Shown here one piece after another: positions 25,862-33,967 of a stretch of 40,047 bases of DNA. This DNA comes from Anaeromyxobacteraceae bacterium. GTDB taxonomy: Bacteria; Myxococcota; Myxococcia; Myxococcales; Anaeromyxobacteraceae. The position numbers were made by a program, and so were the translations under genes. Location of the stretch: positions 1-40,047 of the forward strand of contig DASRTO010000580.1 in NCBI GenBank assembly GCA_035655915.1, read 5' to 3'. Each line of letters begins with the position of its first letter. Position 1 is the first letter of the stretch. The notes beneath the pieces were generated by a model, which was given only the letters and a program-made list of their open reading frames with translations, was not told where the DNA came from and ran no database searches.

Positions 25862-26842
25862 TCAGTTCCACACCTCGAATCCCTTGAGGAGCGCCCTCAG
25901 GGAGGCGAAGAGGAGGAGGGCGATCACCATGCTGCGGATGGCTGCCGGCCTGGTCCGGGCCAGGATGCGGACCCCGGTGATCGACCCCAGCATGATGCCG
26001 ATGATGGACGGCACCACCAGGATGGGGAGGACCGCCCCGTTGTTCACGTAGATCCAGGCCGCCGAGGTGTCGGTGATGGAGAGGAGGAACTTGCTGGTGG
26101 CCACCGACACCTTGAGCGGCACCCCCATGAGCAGGTTCAGCACCGGGACGTTGGCCCATCCGGCGCCCAGGCCGAACATCCCGGCCATGACGCCGATGAC
26201 CACGAAGGCGGCCAGCCCCTGGGGCGTGCGGTGGATCTTCCAGTCGACGTCCCGGCCGGTCGAGGCCTCGTGGTAGATGCCGCTGATGCGCAGCGCGGTG
26301 GAGAGGCGGTCGGCCCGCGGCACGTCCGGGTACTCGGACTTCTTGGCCGTGAACATGATGGCGACGATGCCGAGGATGGTGAACCCGAGCGCGATCTGCA
26401 CCACCTTGGTCGGCAGGGCCAGCCCCACCATGGCCCCCACGATGGCGCAGGCGGAGGCGATGAGCGCCACCGGGATGGCGAGCCTGAGATCCGCCAGCCC
26501 CTTGCGCAGCAGGCCGGGGCCGGCGGCCAGCGCCCCGGCCAGCGCCACCAGCAGGCCGGCACCCCTGACGAAGTCGAGGTGGAACGGGAAGAACCCGCCG
26601 ATGATGGGGACGAAGAGGACGCCGCCGCCCACCCCGCCCAGCACCGCCACGATCCCCAGGAGGAACGTCACCACCAGGAGGATGGCCGGCCAGGCCCACC
26701 AGGGCATGGCCGAGCCGTGGGCCATCCCGGCCGCGGCCGGCACGGCGGACGGGTCGGCCCAAGCCAGGGCGATGGCCGCCGGCAGCCAGGGGGCGGACGC
26801 CGCCAGAACCAGCGCCACGGCGATCGTCGCGCGTCGGGTCAT
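25862..26842 (-). CDS. TauE/SafE-family anion permease (third copy)
   Basis: 326 aa with the signatures GIVAVLGGVGGGVLFVPIIGG and GVMAGMFGLGAGWANVPVLN. Confidence 0.85.
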   Translation of the reverse strand: MTRRATIAVALVLAASAPWLPAAIALAWADPSAVPAAAGMAHGSAMPWWAWPAILLVVTFLLGIVAVLGGVGGGVLFVPIIGGFFPFHLDFVRGAGLLVALAGALAAGPGLLRKGLADLRLAIPVALIASACAIVGAMVGLALPTKVVQIALGFTILGIVAIMFTAKKSEYPDVPRADRLSTALRISGIYHEASTGRDVDWKIHRTPQGLAAFVVIGVMAGMFGLGAGWANVPVLNLLMGVPLKVSVATSKFLLSITDTSAAWIYVNNGAVLPILVVPSIIGIMLGSITGVRILARTRPAAIRSMVIALLLFASLRALLKGFEVWN

Positions 26843-26854
26843 GGGGCCGGCGCC

Positions 26855-27331
26855 TCAGTGACCGCCGACGGACAGGACCCCGGACGCGGCCAGCCCCAGC
26901 ACCAGCACCTCGGCCACCGTGAGCCAGGCGTAGACCCGGTCGCTCTTCCGGAAGAAGATGGGGCTGATGGCCAGGTAGCAGGCGACGGTCACGCCGGAGA
27001 GGAAGGCGATGCCGACGAAGTTGAGGAAGTCGCCGCGGTGGAGCATGAAGACCCAGTTCCAGCCCGGCTCGATCCCGGTGGCGGCCAGGTACTGCTTGAC
27101 GGGAAGGGACCAGTACCGGGGGAGCTCGCCGAGCGGCACGTGAGGCCTGACCAGGCCCAGCAGGTAGGCCGCGGCGGAGAGGAGGAGCAGCAGGAGCCCG
27201 GTCCTCATCCCGCTGTCGAGCCACCGCGCGTAGGCGAGCTGCTCCTCCGCCAGCCCCTCCCCGGCGGCGGCGATCGCCGCCGGGGGGACGGCGGCGACGA
27301 CGGCGCGCCCGGTCACCTCGATCTGGCTCAC
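26855..27331 (-). CDS. Small polytopic membrane protein upstream of TauE (possibly DUF1634-like)
   Basis: 158 aa with three or four hydrophobic segments, ending 12 nt from the TauE start. The family assignment is a weak recollection that DUF1634 proteins pair with TauE. Confidence 0.6.
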   Translation of the reverse strand: MSQIEVTGRAVVAAVPPAAIAAAGEGLAEEQLAYARWLDSGMRTGLLLLLLSAAAYLLGLVRPHVPLGELPRYWSLPVKQYLAATGIEPGWNWVFMLHRGDFLNFVGIAFLSGVTVACYLAISPIFFRKSDRVYAWLTVAEVLVLGLAASGVLSVGGH

Positions 27332-27683
27332 CCTTCCTCTCCTCTCCGCCCGCCCACGGGGGCGCGCTCCTCACACGCGCGACAGGCGGAGCCGCCGCGC
27401 TCCCGCTCGGGTGCGACCGTTGGTGCGACGCGCACGGCCCACCGTGGCACGGGCCCGCCGGACGGGTCAAAGCGAGAATTTCAATGCCGCCGATAAACGA
27501 GATCAAGGGTCGCGCCGATCGCCGGCGACCGTCGAACGGCTCGCAAAGCCGCCAGCGTCAGCAGCGAGGCGGGCCAGCCAGCCGGGCCCTCGCCGTCCGT
27601 CCCGCGCCGGCGACCCCTCGCCGCGCACCGGCTCCGGTGAGGGAAACGGGGCGCCTCTCCTCGGGGCGCCACCTCCGCCCCAG

Positions 27684-27701
27684 ACTTGACGCGCATCAAG
27701 T
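27684..27701. promoter_or_regulatory. Inverted repeat ACTTGA-N6-TCAAGT in the long divergent intergenic region
   Basis: Read directly in the sequence. It lies within the ~600-nt non-coding gap (27332-27932) between the TauE/membrane operon and the yeeE-like gene. The function is unknown. Confidence 0.3.
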
Positions 27702-27932
27702 ACGGGAGCCGGGCGCCAGGTGCGCCCGCCCGCGCGGTGGGGCGCGAGAGGCTCGATCGCATCAATCCGCTTTATCGAAGCATTCAAGGTCTGTGAGTTG
27801 ACACTCCGCCCTGGGGTACGCACAACATGCGCCCACGATCATGCACGACGAGACCAGCGTCGACTCGCAGATCCGGGCGGCCAGCGGGCCCGGGCCCATT
27901 CCAGGGCACCTTAGGCGGTCGCGGAAGGACGG

Positions 27933-29405
27933 GTGAACATGGACGCAGCCCAGGCGACCCTCGCCGTCCCGAAGGAGCGCTTCGGTACCCACGAGCGCTG
28001 GGCGTTGGCGGTGACGGGGTTCTTCATCGTCGTCAGCGCCTCCGTCTATGCCGCCAACGAGCTCTACGTGTATCTGGTGGCGTATCTCTGGTTCGGGTTC
28101 ATCTATGGGATGTGCCTGCAGGGGGGCAGGTTCTGCTTCTCCTCGGCGTTCCGGGACCTCTTCGCCGTCGGCGTGCCCAGGATGGTCGTTGGGATCGTGA
28201 TCGCGTGCGTCCTCTTCGGGGTCACCTCCGCCTTCGTCACCGCGACCGGCATGAGCGCCTTCCACCCGGCGACCTGGGGCATCCACAACGTCATCGCCGG
28301 CGCCGTCTTTGGCGTGGGGATGGTCGTCGCCGGCGGTTGCGCCTCGAGCTCTCTCTACAAGACCGGAGAGGGCAACATGGCGTCGGCGCTGGTCATCCTC
28401 TCCATCAGCGTGACGCAGGCCGTCTTCGTGGCCATACGCGGGTGGAGCAACAAGCTCGTCCCGCAATCCTGGCACCAGGCGGCGGTGGCAAGAGGATTGC
28501 CCGACGCCATCAACGCCGGCGACGGCTGGATGGACCAGTACCTCGCGGGCTACGTGTGGAACCAGCCCAAGGGCACGTATGCGGACTTGCTCGGCGCCCC
28601 CAACGAGTCCTTCCTCGGGGCCTTCGTCGGCAACTTCCTGCTGGGCGTGGTCGTCCCCGCGGCGCTGCTGCTCGGCCTCGTCTACCTGTTCTGGGTCAGG
28701 AAAGGCTTCCTGAAGAAGTGGAAGCGCGATGGGAAGCCGGGGGGCTTGCGGGCCGACCTGGCCGGCTTCTGGGGGATGGTGGCGTCGTCGAAGAGGACCG
28801 CCGTCGCCGGCCTGATCCTGGGAATCGCCGCCGGCCTGCACATGTACGTCATGATGGGGATCCGGCAGAAGTTCGGAATCGAGAATGCCGCGCAGATCCT
28901 CAGGGCCATCGGGCAGGATTTCGGCATCTCGGTCAAGAACACGGTGTTCGACCCCGGCTACTGGTACGTGACCACCCAGGAGGCGCAGTGGGTGGGCTGG
29001 GTGTTCCAGAAGCTGGGCTGGAACAACATGGACAACATCTTCTTCGGGCTCAACAACGGCATCCCCAATCCGCTGTGGAACCCGGCGGACTGGATGTCGG
29101 TGGCCCTGATCGGCGGGGCCTGCGTCATGGCTCTCGTCCACAACGAGTTCAAGTTCAAGGTTCCCTCCCTCGAGGTCGCGACGTGGGCGATCATCGGTGG
29201 CTTCTTCATGGGGGTGGGCTCGCGGCTCGGGCTGGGCTGCAACGTGGGGGCGTTCTTCGTACGCACCGCCAACGGGGACTTCTCGGGATGGCTGTTCGGG
29301 CTCGGGATGGTAGGAGGCGCTTACCTGGGCGTGAAGTTCTTCAGTTGGTGGACGGAGCGGAAGATGGCGAAGGAGATGGCGGCGGCGCCCGATCTCCAAC
29401 TCTAG
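27933..29405 (+). CDS. YeeE/YedE-family sulfur (thiosulfate)/selenium-compound transporter
   Basis: 490 aa and polytopic. It has the three family-typical Cys-loop motifs GGRFCFSSAFRDLF, AGGCASSSLYKTGEGN and LGLGCNVGAFF. Confidence 0.85.
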   Translation: MNMDAAQATLAVPKERFGTHERWALAVTGFFIVVSASVYAANELYVYLVAYLWFGFIYGMCLQGGRFCFSSAFRDLFAVGVPRMVVGIVIACVLFGVTSAFVTATGMSAFHPATWGIHNVIAGAVFGVGMVVAGGCASSSLYKTGEGNMASALVILSISVTQAVFVAIRGWSNKLVPQSWHQAAVARGLPDAINAGDGWMDQYLAGYVWNQPKGTYADLLGAPNESFLGAFVGNFLLGVVVPAALLLGLVYLFWVRKGFLKKWKRDGKPGGLRADLAGFWGMVASSKRTAVAGLILGIAAGLHMYVMMGIRQKFGIENAAQILRAIGQDFGISVKNTVFDPGYWYVTTQEAQWVGWVFQKLGWNNMDNIFFGLNNGIPNPLWNPADWMSVALIGGACVMALVHNEFKFKVPSLEVATWAIIGGFFMGVGSRLGLGCNVGAFFVRTANGDFSGWLFGLGMVGGAYLGVKFFSWWTERKMAKEMAAAPDLQL

Positions 29406-29422
29406 AGGCAGGAGGATCAACC

Positions 29423-29674
29423 GTGGCGATGAAGTTCGAGAAGATCGGCGAAGGCGCCTATTCCCTGGACGTGAAGGGCTACGTTTGTCCGCATCCGCAG
29501 CTCTACACCAAGAGCGCCCTGTCGAAGATAAGGCCCGGCGACACGCTGCGGCTGCTCTTCGACAACCCCTCCTCCGGGGAGTCCATCGCCTCGATGTGCG
29601 ACAAGAACGGCGACGAGATCCTTGAGCAGATCACCGACGCCGGATCGTTCCGGTGGCTCATCAAGAAGTCCTGA
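29423..29674 (+). CDS. TusA/YedF/YeeD-like sulfurtransferase (SirA fold)
   Basis: A GTG at 29423 lies 6 nt after AGGAGGA (alternative ATG at 29429). It has the CPxP active-site motif in LDVKGYVCPHPQL and sits immediately downstream of yeeE-like, as in yeeE-yeeD pairs. Confidence 0.85.
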   Translation: MAMKFEKIGEGAYSLDVKGYVCPHPQLYTKSALSKIRPGDTLRLLFDNPSSGESIASMCDKNGDEILEQITDAGSFRWLIKKS

Positions 29675-29711
29675 GCGCCCCGGGCGCCGTGGCGAGGAGG
29701 ACCGGGCCGTC

Positions 29712-30068
29712 ATGAAGACCAGCCTTTGGATCGTCGTGGTGATGATAGCGGGGTTCGTCGGGTTCCTGATCGGCTACAGCGTTTCGTCGCACACCGGGAC
29801 GCGCGGCCTCGAGACCATTGTGGCCACTTCGCAGAAGCCGGCCGCGCCCGCCGCCGCGCCGGCGGGGGGCTACGCCGAGAAGCCCACCGCCCCCACGAGC
29901 GGCTACGGCGAGAAGCCGGCCGCGCCGACCCCGGCGGCCACGCCTCAGTCGAAGCCGTCGGCCCAGGCGTCCTCGGCCGGCGCGACGCCCGAGAAACCCG
30001 CCCCACCGAAGCAGGCCGCCCCGCGCGCGGCCCCCAGCAAGGCCGGCAGCTCCACGGCCGGATACTAG
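29712..30068 (+). CDS. Membrane-anchored Pro/Ala-rich low-complexity protein with a tandem GY(A/G)EKPxAP repeat
   Basis: ATG 29712 follows GAGGAGGA. It has an N-terminal TM (LWIVVVMIAGFVGFLIGY) and a 33-nt tandem repeat at 29868-29933. The protein ends in ..STAGY. Confidence 0.6.
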   Translation: MKTSLWIVVVMIAGFVGFLIGYSVSSHTGTRGLETIVATSQKPAAPAAAPAGGYAEKPTAPTSGYGEKPAAPTPAATPQSKPSAQASSAGATPEKPAPPKQAAPRAAPSKAGSSTAGY

Positions 30069-30150
30069 TGTCGCTACCCATGCGGCGGCTCTAAAGACGC
30101 GCCGCCAGCGGGCGAGTCCGGCTCGTTGCCGCGTTGCGCCGAGGAGGCGA

Positions 30151-31092
30151 ATGCCCATGAGACCAAGACTCGCAGTGCTGCTCCTCCTGGCCGCTCCGCT
30201 CGCCGCAGCCCAGGCGCCGGCGGCCAAGAAGGCCAAGACCATCGACCAGCTGGCGGCCATGTTCGACTCCGCCAGGTGCAAGCAGTGCCACGGGGAAATC
30301 TACGCGCAGTGGGAGAAGTCGCACCACGCCCGCCCCTTCATGGGCGTGGCCGGGGGGCTGATGCTCATCCCGGTGGTGCGCTCCAGCGCCTTCCAGGTGA
30401 AGAGCCCCAAGGAGGCGACCCTCAAGACCTTCCCCTGCTTCAAGTGCCACCTCCCCCAGGCGGTCACCCACGCCGAGGACTCGGTGGCGGTGGAGCTGGC
30501 CGAGGCCCTCTTCACCGCCTCGGACAAGGACAAGCCTGACAAGGACAAGGCGGCCGCCAAGGCCAAGGTGGCCAGGCTTCAGATCACCTGCATCGTCTGC
30601 CACAACGAGAAGGCCATCGCCCACAAGCTGGTCCTCGGTCCGCCGCAGGCCGACGTCATCTACGGCTCCCGCGACCTCTCGCCCCACGGGGACCCCCCGG
30701 ACCGCGTCTTCAAGTCGGTGAAGAAGAGCGCCATCCTCAACCAGCCCGTCTTCTGCGGGCAGTGCCACGGGACCGGCCCGAACTTCGAGTTCGACTACCC
30801 CATCCAGTGCGCCACCCTCTACGGGAGCTACCAGCACAACTACCTCTCGAAGGGCGGCTTCCAGACCTGCCAGGAGTGCCACATGCGCAAGGTGGGCAAG
30901 GTGGCCGACCACACCTTCCCGCCGAACTGGGACGACAAGGAGTCCACCTCGAAGATGCTGGCGGACAACATCTCGCTGGACGTCCAGACCCTGGGCTACC
31001 AGTGGCTGCGCAAGGCTGGGGCCCTCACCCCCATGATCGTGGTGAACACCAAGATCGGGAACCGGGCCGGCCACCGCATCCCGGATGGCTGA
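30151..31092 (+). CDS. Secreted multihaem c-type cytochrome (5 CXXCH), reading frame interrupted by TGA at 31090-31092
   Basis: The signal peptide is MPMRPRLAVLLLLAAPLAAAQA. The five haem motifs are CKQCH, CFKCH, CIVCH, CGQCH and CQECH. The frame ends ..NRAGHRIPDG-TGA and stays open in the same frame to 31413. The start could be 30151 or 30157. Confidence 0.85.
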   Translation: MPMRPRLAVLLLLAAPLAAAQAPAAKKAKTIDQLAAMFDSARCKQCHGEIYAQWEKSHHARPFMGVAGGLMLIPVVRSSAFQVKSPKEATLKTFPCFKCHLPQAVTHAEDSVAVELAEALFTASDKDKPDKDKAAAKAKVARLQITCIVCHNEKAIAHKLVLGPPQADVIYGSRDLSPHGDPPDRVFKSVKKSAILNQPVFCGQCHGTGPNFEFDYPIQCATLYGSYQHNYLSKGGFQTCQECHMRKVGKVADHTFPPNWDDKESTSKMLADNISLDVQTLGYQWLRKAGALTPMIVVNTKIGNRAGHRIPDG

Positions 31093-31107
31093 CCGTCCCA
31101 CAACCGA

Positions 31108-31127
31108 GCGGTCCTGGAAGTGACCGC
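31108..31127 (+). other. Hairpin GCGGTC-CUGGAAGU-GACCGC located 15 nt after the in-frame TGA (SECIS-like candidate)
   Basis: A perfect 6-bp stem with an 8-nt loop containing GG, read directly in the sequence. The spacing from UGA to the loop falls within the range generally described for bacterial SECIS elements. Confidence 0.35.
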
Positions 31128-31413
31128 CAAGAGCGCCGAGGGCAAGGATCTCTTCAGGGACGAGCGCCACTACCACCCGCAGGCCACCAGCTGCCTCAAC
31201 GAGAAGATGGTCTACGGCGCCCAGAACAAGTCGTCCTACGTCCGCGACACCAGCCTGCAGCCCTTCGAGTCGAAGGACGAGACCTTCGAGATCAAGCTGC
31301 CGGAAGGGGTGCGCGCCGCCGATGTCACCGTGGAGCTGGTCTACGAGGTGCACAATCCCGAGAACAGGGTTCCCATCCACAAGGTCACTCGGCGCGTCTC
31401 GCTGGACCGCTAG
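31120..31413 (+). CDS. Same-frame continuation of the cytochrome (C-terminal beta-rich domain); either a read-through/Sec extension or a separate ORF from GTG 31120
   Basis: It is in frame with 30151..31092. The sequence ..PSHNRAVLEVTAKSAEGKDLF..ETFEIKLPEGVRAADVTVELVYEV.. looks like the domain that normally follows the GHxxPxG motif in this cytochrome family. That identification is from recollection and has not been searched. Confidence 0.55.
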   Translation: MTAKSAEGKDLFRDERHYHPQATSCLNEKMVYGAQNKSSYVRDTSLQPFESKDETFEIKLPEGVRAADVTVELVYEVHNPENRVPIHKVTRRVSLDR

Positions 31414-31418
31414 GGCGA

Positions 31419-32882
31419 ATGAGGTGCGCGCTGGTCATCCCGTCGTGGGCCCCGGAGGACCTCTTCCCCGCGAAGACGGCCGGGTCCCAGCTCAACTACT
31501 GGCAACCCCTGGGCACGCTCTACGTGGCCGCCAGCCTCCAGCGGGCCGGCCACGAGGTCCGCTTCCTCGACGGCGCCTTCCTGTCACGCCAAGCGATCCT
31601 GGACCAGCTCTCCGCCTTCCGGCCGGAGTGGGTCGGCATCTACGCCACGGCCTTCGGCTGGCCGCGCGCCGAGCGCACCGCCGCCGACGTCACCGAGCGC
31701 CTCCCGGAGTCCTACCTGTGCGCCGGAGGCCCCTACCCCATCGCCGAGGGCGAGCGGTGTCTCGACTACGCCCGCGCCTTCGACGCCGCCGTCACCGGCG
31801 AGGGAGAGCAGACGGCGGTGGAGATGGTGGAGCGGCTCGAGCGCCGCGAGTCGCTGGAGGGCGTCTCCGGACTGGTCTACCGGCAGGGGGACGAGGTGAA
31901 GGCGAATCCGCCCCGCCCCCTGCTGCGGAACCTGGACCAGCTCCCCTTCCCCGACCGGCGCCTGCTGGGCGACCCCGACCGCTACCTGCCGCCCCCGGCC
32001 ACCTGGCGCCGCAAGCCGGTGGCGGTGGTGCTGACCTCCCGCGGGTGCAACCGCCACTGCATCTTCTGCTTCCAGATGGACAAGAGCCGCCGCAGCGGCA
32101 TCCGCTACCGCAGCGTGGAGAACGTGCTCGAGGAGATCGAGCTGTGCCTGCGGCAGGGGTTCCGCGAGATCAAGTTCATCGACGACACCTTCGCCGAGGA
32201 CCGCGCCCGCGCCATGCGCCTGGCCGGCGAGATCCGGCGGCGGCGGCTCGACTTCACCTGGTTCGCGTCCGCCTGCGCCAACCAGGTTGACCCGGAGATG
32301 CTGCGCGCCTTCAAGGAGGCGGGGTGCTGGGCCATCCTCTTCGGCGTCGAGAGCGGCGTGCAGCGGAACCTCAACACGCTGCGCAAGGGGATCACCCTGG
32401 ACCAGGCGAGGCGGGCGGTGGCCTGGGCGCGGGAGGCGGGACTCTCGGTGCAGACCACCTTCATGTTCGGGATCCCGGGCGAGACCTTCGAGGACGGGCT
32501 GCGGACGATCGACTTCGCCTGCGAGCTCGACGCCGACTGGGCCAGCTTCCACGCCATCGTCCCCTTTCCGGGTACGGTGCTCCACGATCGCGCCGCCGGG
32601 CTCGGCACCCTCTCCGAGGACCTGCAGGACTTCACCTACCAGGGAGCGGCCTTCGTCCCCTCCACCATGACCCGGGACCAGATCGTCGAGCTCAGGCAGC
32701 GCGCCTACCGCGCCTTCTACAGCCGGCCCAGGTTCCTGCTCCGCAAGCTCGCCGGGCTGGGGAACCGGCACCACCGCGCCGCGGCGCTGCGGAGCGCCCG
32801 CTCCTTCTTCTGGCTCTGGGCCGGGAAGGACGTCTTCCGCCCCGCTTCCGCCGGCCACCGGCCGGACCCGAGGGAGGGCTGA
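31419..32882 (+). CDS. B12-binding-domain radical SAM enzyme (class B rSAM)
   Basis: The N-terminal Rossmann-like B12 region reads MRCALVIPSW..YVAASLQRAGHEVRFLDG... The radical SAM cluster motif is CNRHCIFC, followed by ..FGVESG.. and a TIM-barrel-like remainder. Confidence 0.85.
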   Translation: MRCALVIPSWAPEDLFPAKTAGSQLNYWQPLGTLYVAASLQRAGHEVRFLDGAFLSRQAILDQLSAFRPEWVGIYATAFGWPRAERTAADVTERLPESYLCAGGPYPIAEGERCLDYARAFDAAVTGEGEQTAVEMVERLERRESLEGVSGLVYRQGDEVKANPPRPLLRNLDQLPFPDRRLLGDPDRYLPPPATWRRKPVAVVLTSRGCNRHCIFCFQMDKSRRSGIRYRSVENVLEEIELCLRQGFREIKFIDDTFAEDRARAMRLAGEIRRRRLDFTWFASACANQVDPEMLRAFKEAGCWAILFGVESGVQRNLNTLRKGITLDQARRAVAWAREAGLSVQTTFMFGIPGETFEDGLRTIDFACELDADWASFHAIVPFPGTVLHDRAAGLGTLSEDLQDFTYQGAAFVPSTMTRDQIVELRQRAYRAFYSRPRFLLRKLAGLGNRHHRAAALRSARSFFWLWAGKDVFRPASAGHRPDPREG

Positions 32883-32887
32883 AGGCC

Positions 32888-33967
32888 GTGACCGGTGCCG
32901 CGGCGCGGATCGAGCGGGCCGTCCCGCCCCCGGGCTCGCCCCCGGAGCGGTTCATCTCGGTGGTGGTGCCCAACCGCAACGGGGCGGCCACCATCGGACG
33001 GTGTCTCGAGGCCGCCCTGGCCTCGGACTACCGGCGCTTCGAGGTGGTGGTGGTGGACGACGGCTCCGAGGACGCCTCGGTGGAGATCATCCGCGGCTTC
33101 CCCTGCCGCCTGGTCCGCCTGCCGCGGCGCGCCGGCGTCTCGCGGGCGCGCAACGCCGGGGCCCGGGCGGCCTCGGGGGACCTGCTCCTCTTCATCGACT
33201 CCGACTGCCTGGTGCGGCGCGACACCCTGGCGGTGGCCAACGCCTCCTACGGCGAGCGCCGCGACCGCGTCCTGGGTGGCACCTACACGCCGATCCCGCA
33301 CGACCGCGACTTCTTCAGCGCCTTCCAGTCGGCCTTCATCCACCACTTCGAGACCAAGCGGCGCGAACCCGACTACGTGGCGGCCCACGCCATGGTCATC
33401 GACGCCGTGCTGTTCCGGCGCTCGGGCGGATTCGTCGAGGACTCCTTCATCGGGGTGGCCGCCAGCGTGGAGGACGTCGAGTTCAGCCACCGCCTGCGCC
33501 GCCAGGGCTGCCGGCTGGCCATGGACCCGCATCTCCGGGTGACGCACGTCTTCCGCTTCTCGCTGCGCCGGTCGCTCTCGAACGCCGTCAGGAAGGCCCG
33601 CACCTGGACCCGGTACTCCCTCGCCAACCGCGACCTCCTCCGGGACTCGGGCGCCGCCTCGCTGGAGCTCAAGGCCAACGTGCTGTGCGCCCTGCTGGCG
33701 GCCGGCCTGGCCGTCGCCGGCCTGGCCCGGGGAGCCGCCTGGCCGCTCGCGGCCCTCCCGCCCCTCCTGGCCCTCGACCTCCTCGTGAACCGGCGGCTGG
33801 TCGCCGCCTGGCTCGGGGCCGGCGGCCCGGGCTTCGCGGCCCTGGCGGTCCTCTACTACCTGACCCTCTACGCGGCGGCGGTGGCGGTCGGGGCGGCCCT
33901 GGGCACCGCGCAGTACCTGTGGAGCATCCGCCTGCTGGGGCGATACCGGCCATGCACACCCCGCTAG
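32888..33967 (+). CDS. Family 2 glycosyltransferase with a C-terminal membrane region
   Basis: The start is GTG. The GT-A signatures are ISVVVPNRNGAATI, VVVVDDGSED and FIDSDC (DxD). The C-terminus has three or four TM segments. Confidence 0.8.
   Translation: MTGAAARIERAVPPPGSPPERFISVVVPNRNGAATIGRCLEAALASDYRRFEVVVVDDGSEDASVEIIRGFPCRLVRLPRRAGVSRARNAGARAASGDLLLFIDSDCLVRRDTLAVANASYGERRDRVLGGTYTPIPHDRDFFSAFQSAFIHHFETKRREPDYVAAHAMVIDAVLFRRSGGFVEDSFIGVAASVEDVEFSHRLRRQGCRLAMDPHLRVTHVFRFSLRRSLSNAVRKARTWTRYSLANRDLLRDSGAASLELKANVLCALLAAGLAVAGLARGAAWPLAALPPLLALDLLVNRRLVAAWLGAGGPGFAALAVLYYLTLYAAAVAVGAALGTAQYLWSIRLLGRYRPCTPR

Noticed and set aside
27445-27460. TGGCACGGGCCCGCC, a perfect -24 sigma-54 hexamer on the plus strand
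   Set aside because: The GC dinucleotide falls at N9, not N10. There is no TTGC-like -12, and it lies ~490 nt from the nearest plus-strand start.
27762-29674. ORFs 27762..29420 (-) and the first ~530 codons of 27827..29674 (+)
   Set aside because: They are shadows of the YeeE-like gene. Only the last 83 codons of the plus ORF (the TusA-like part) look coding.
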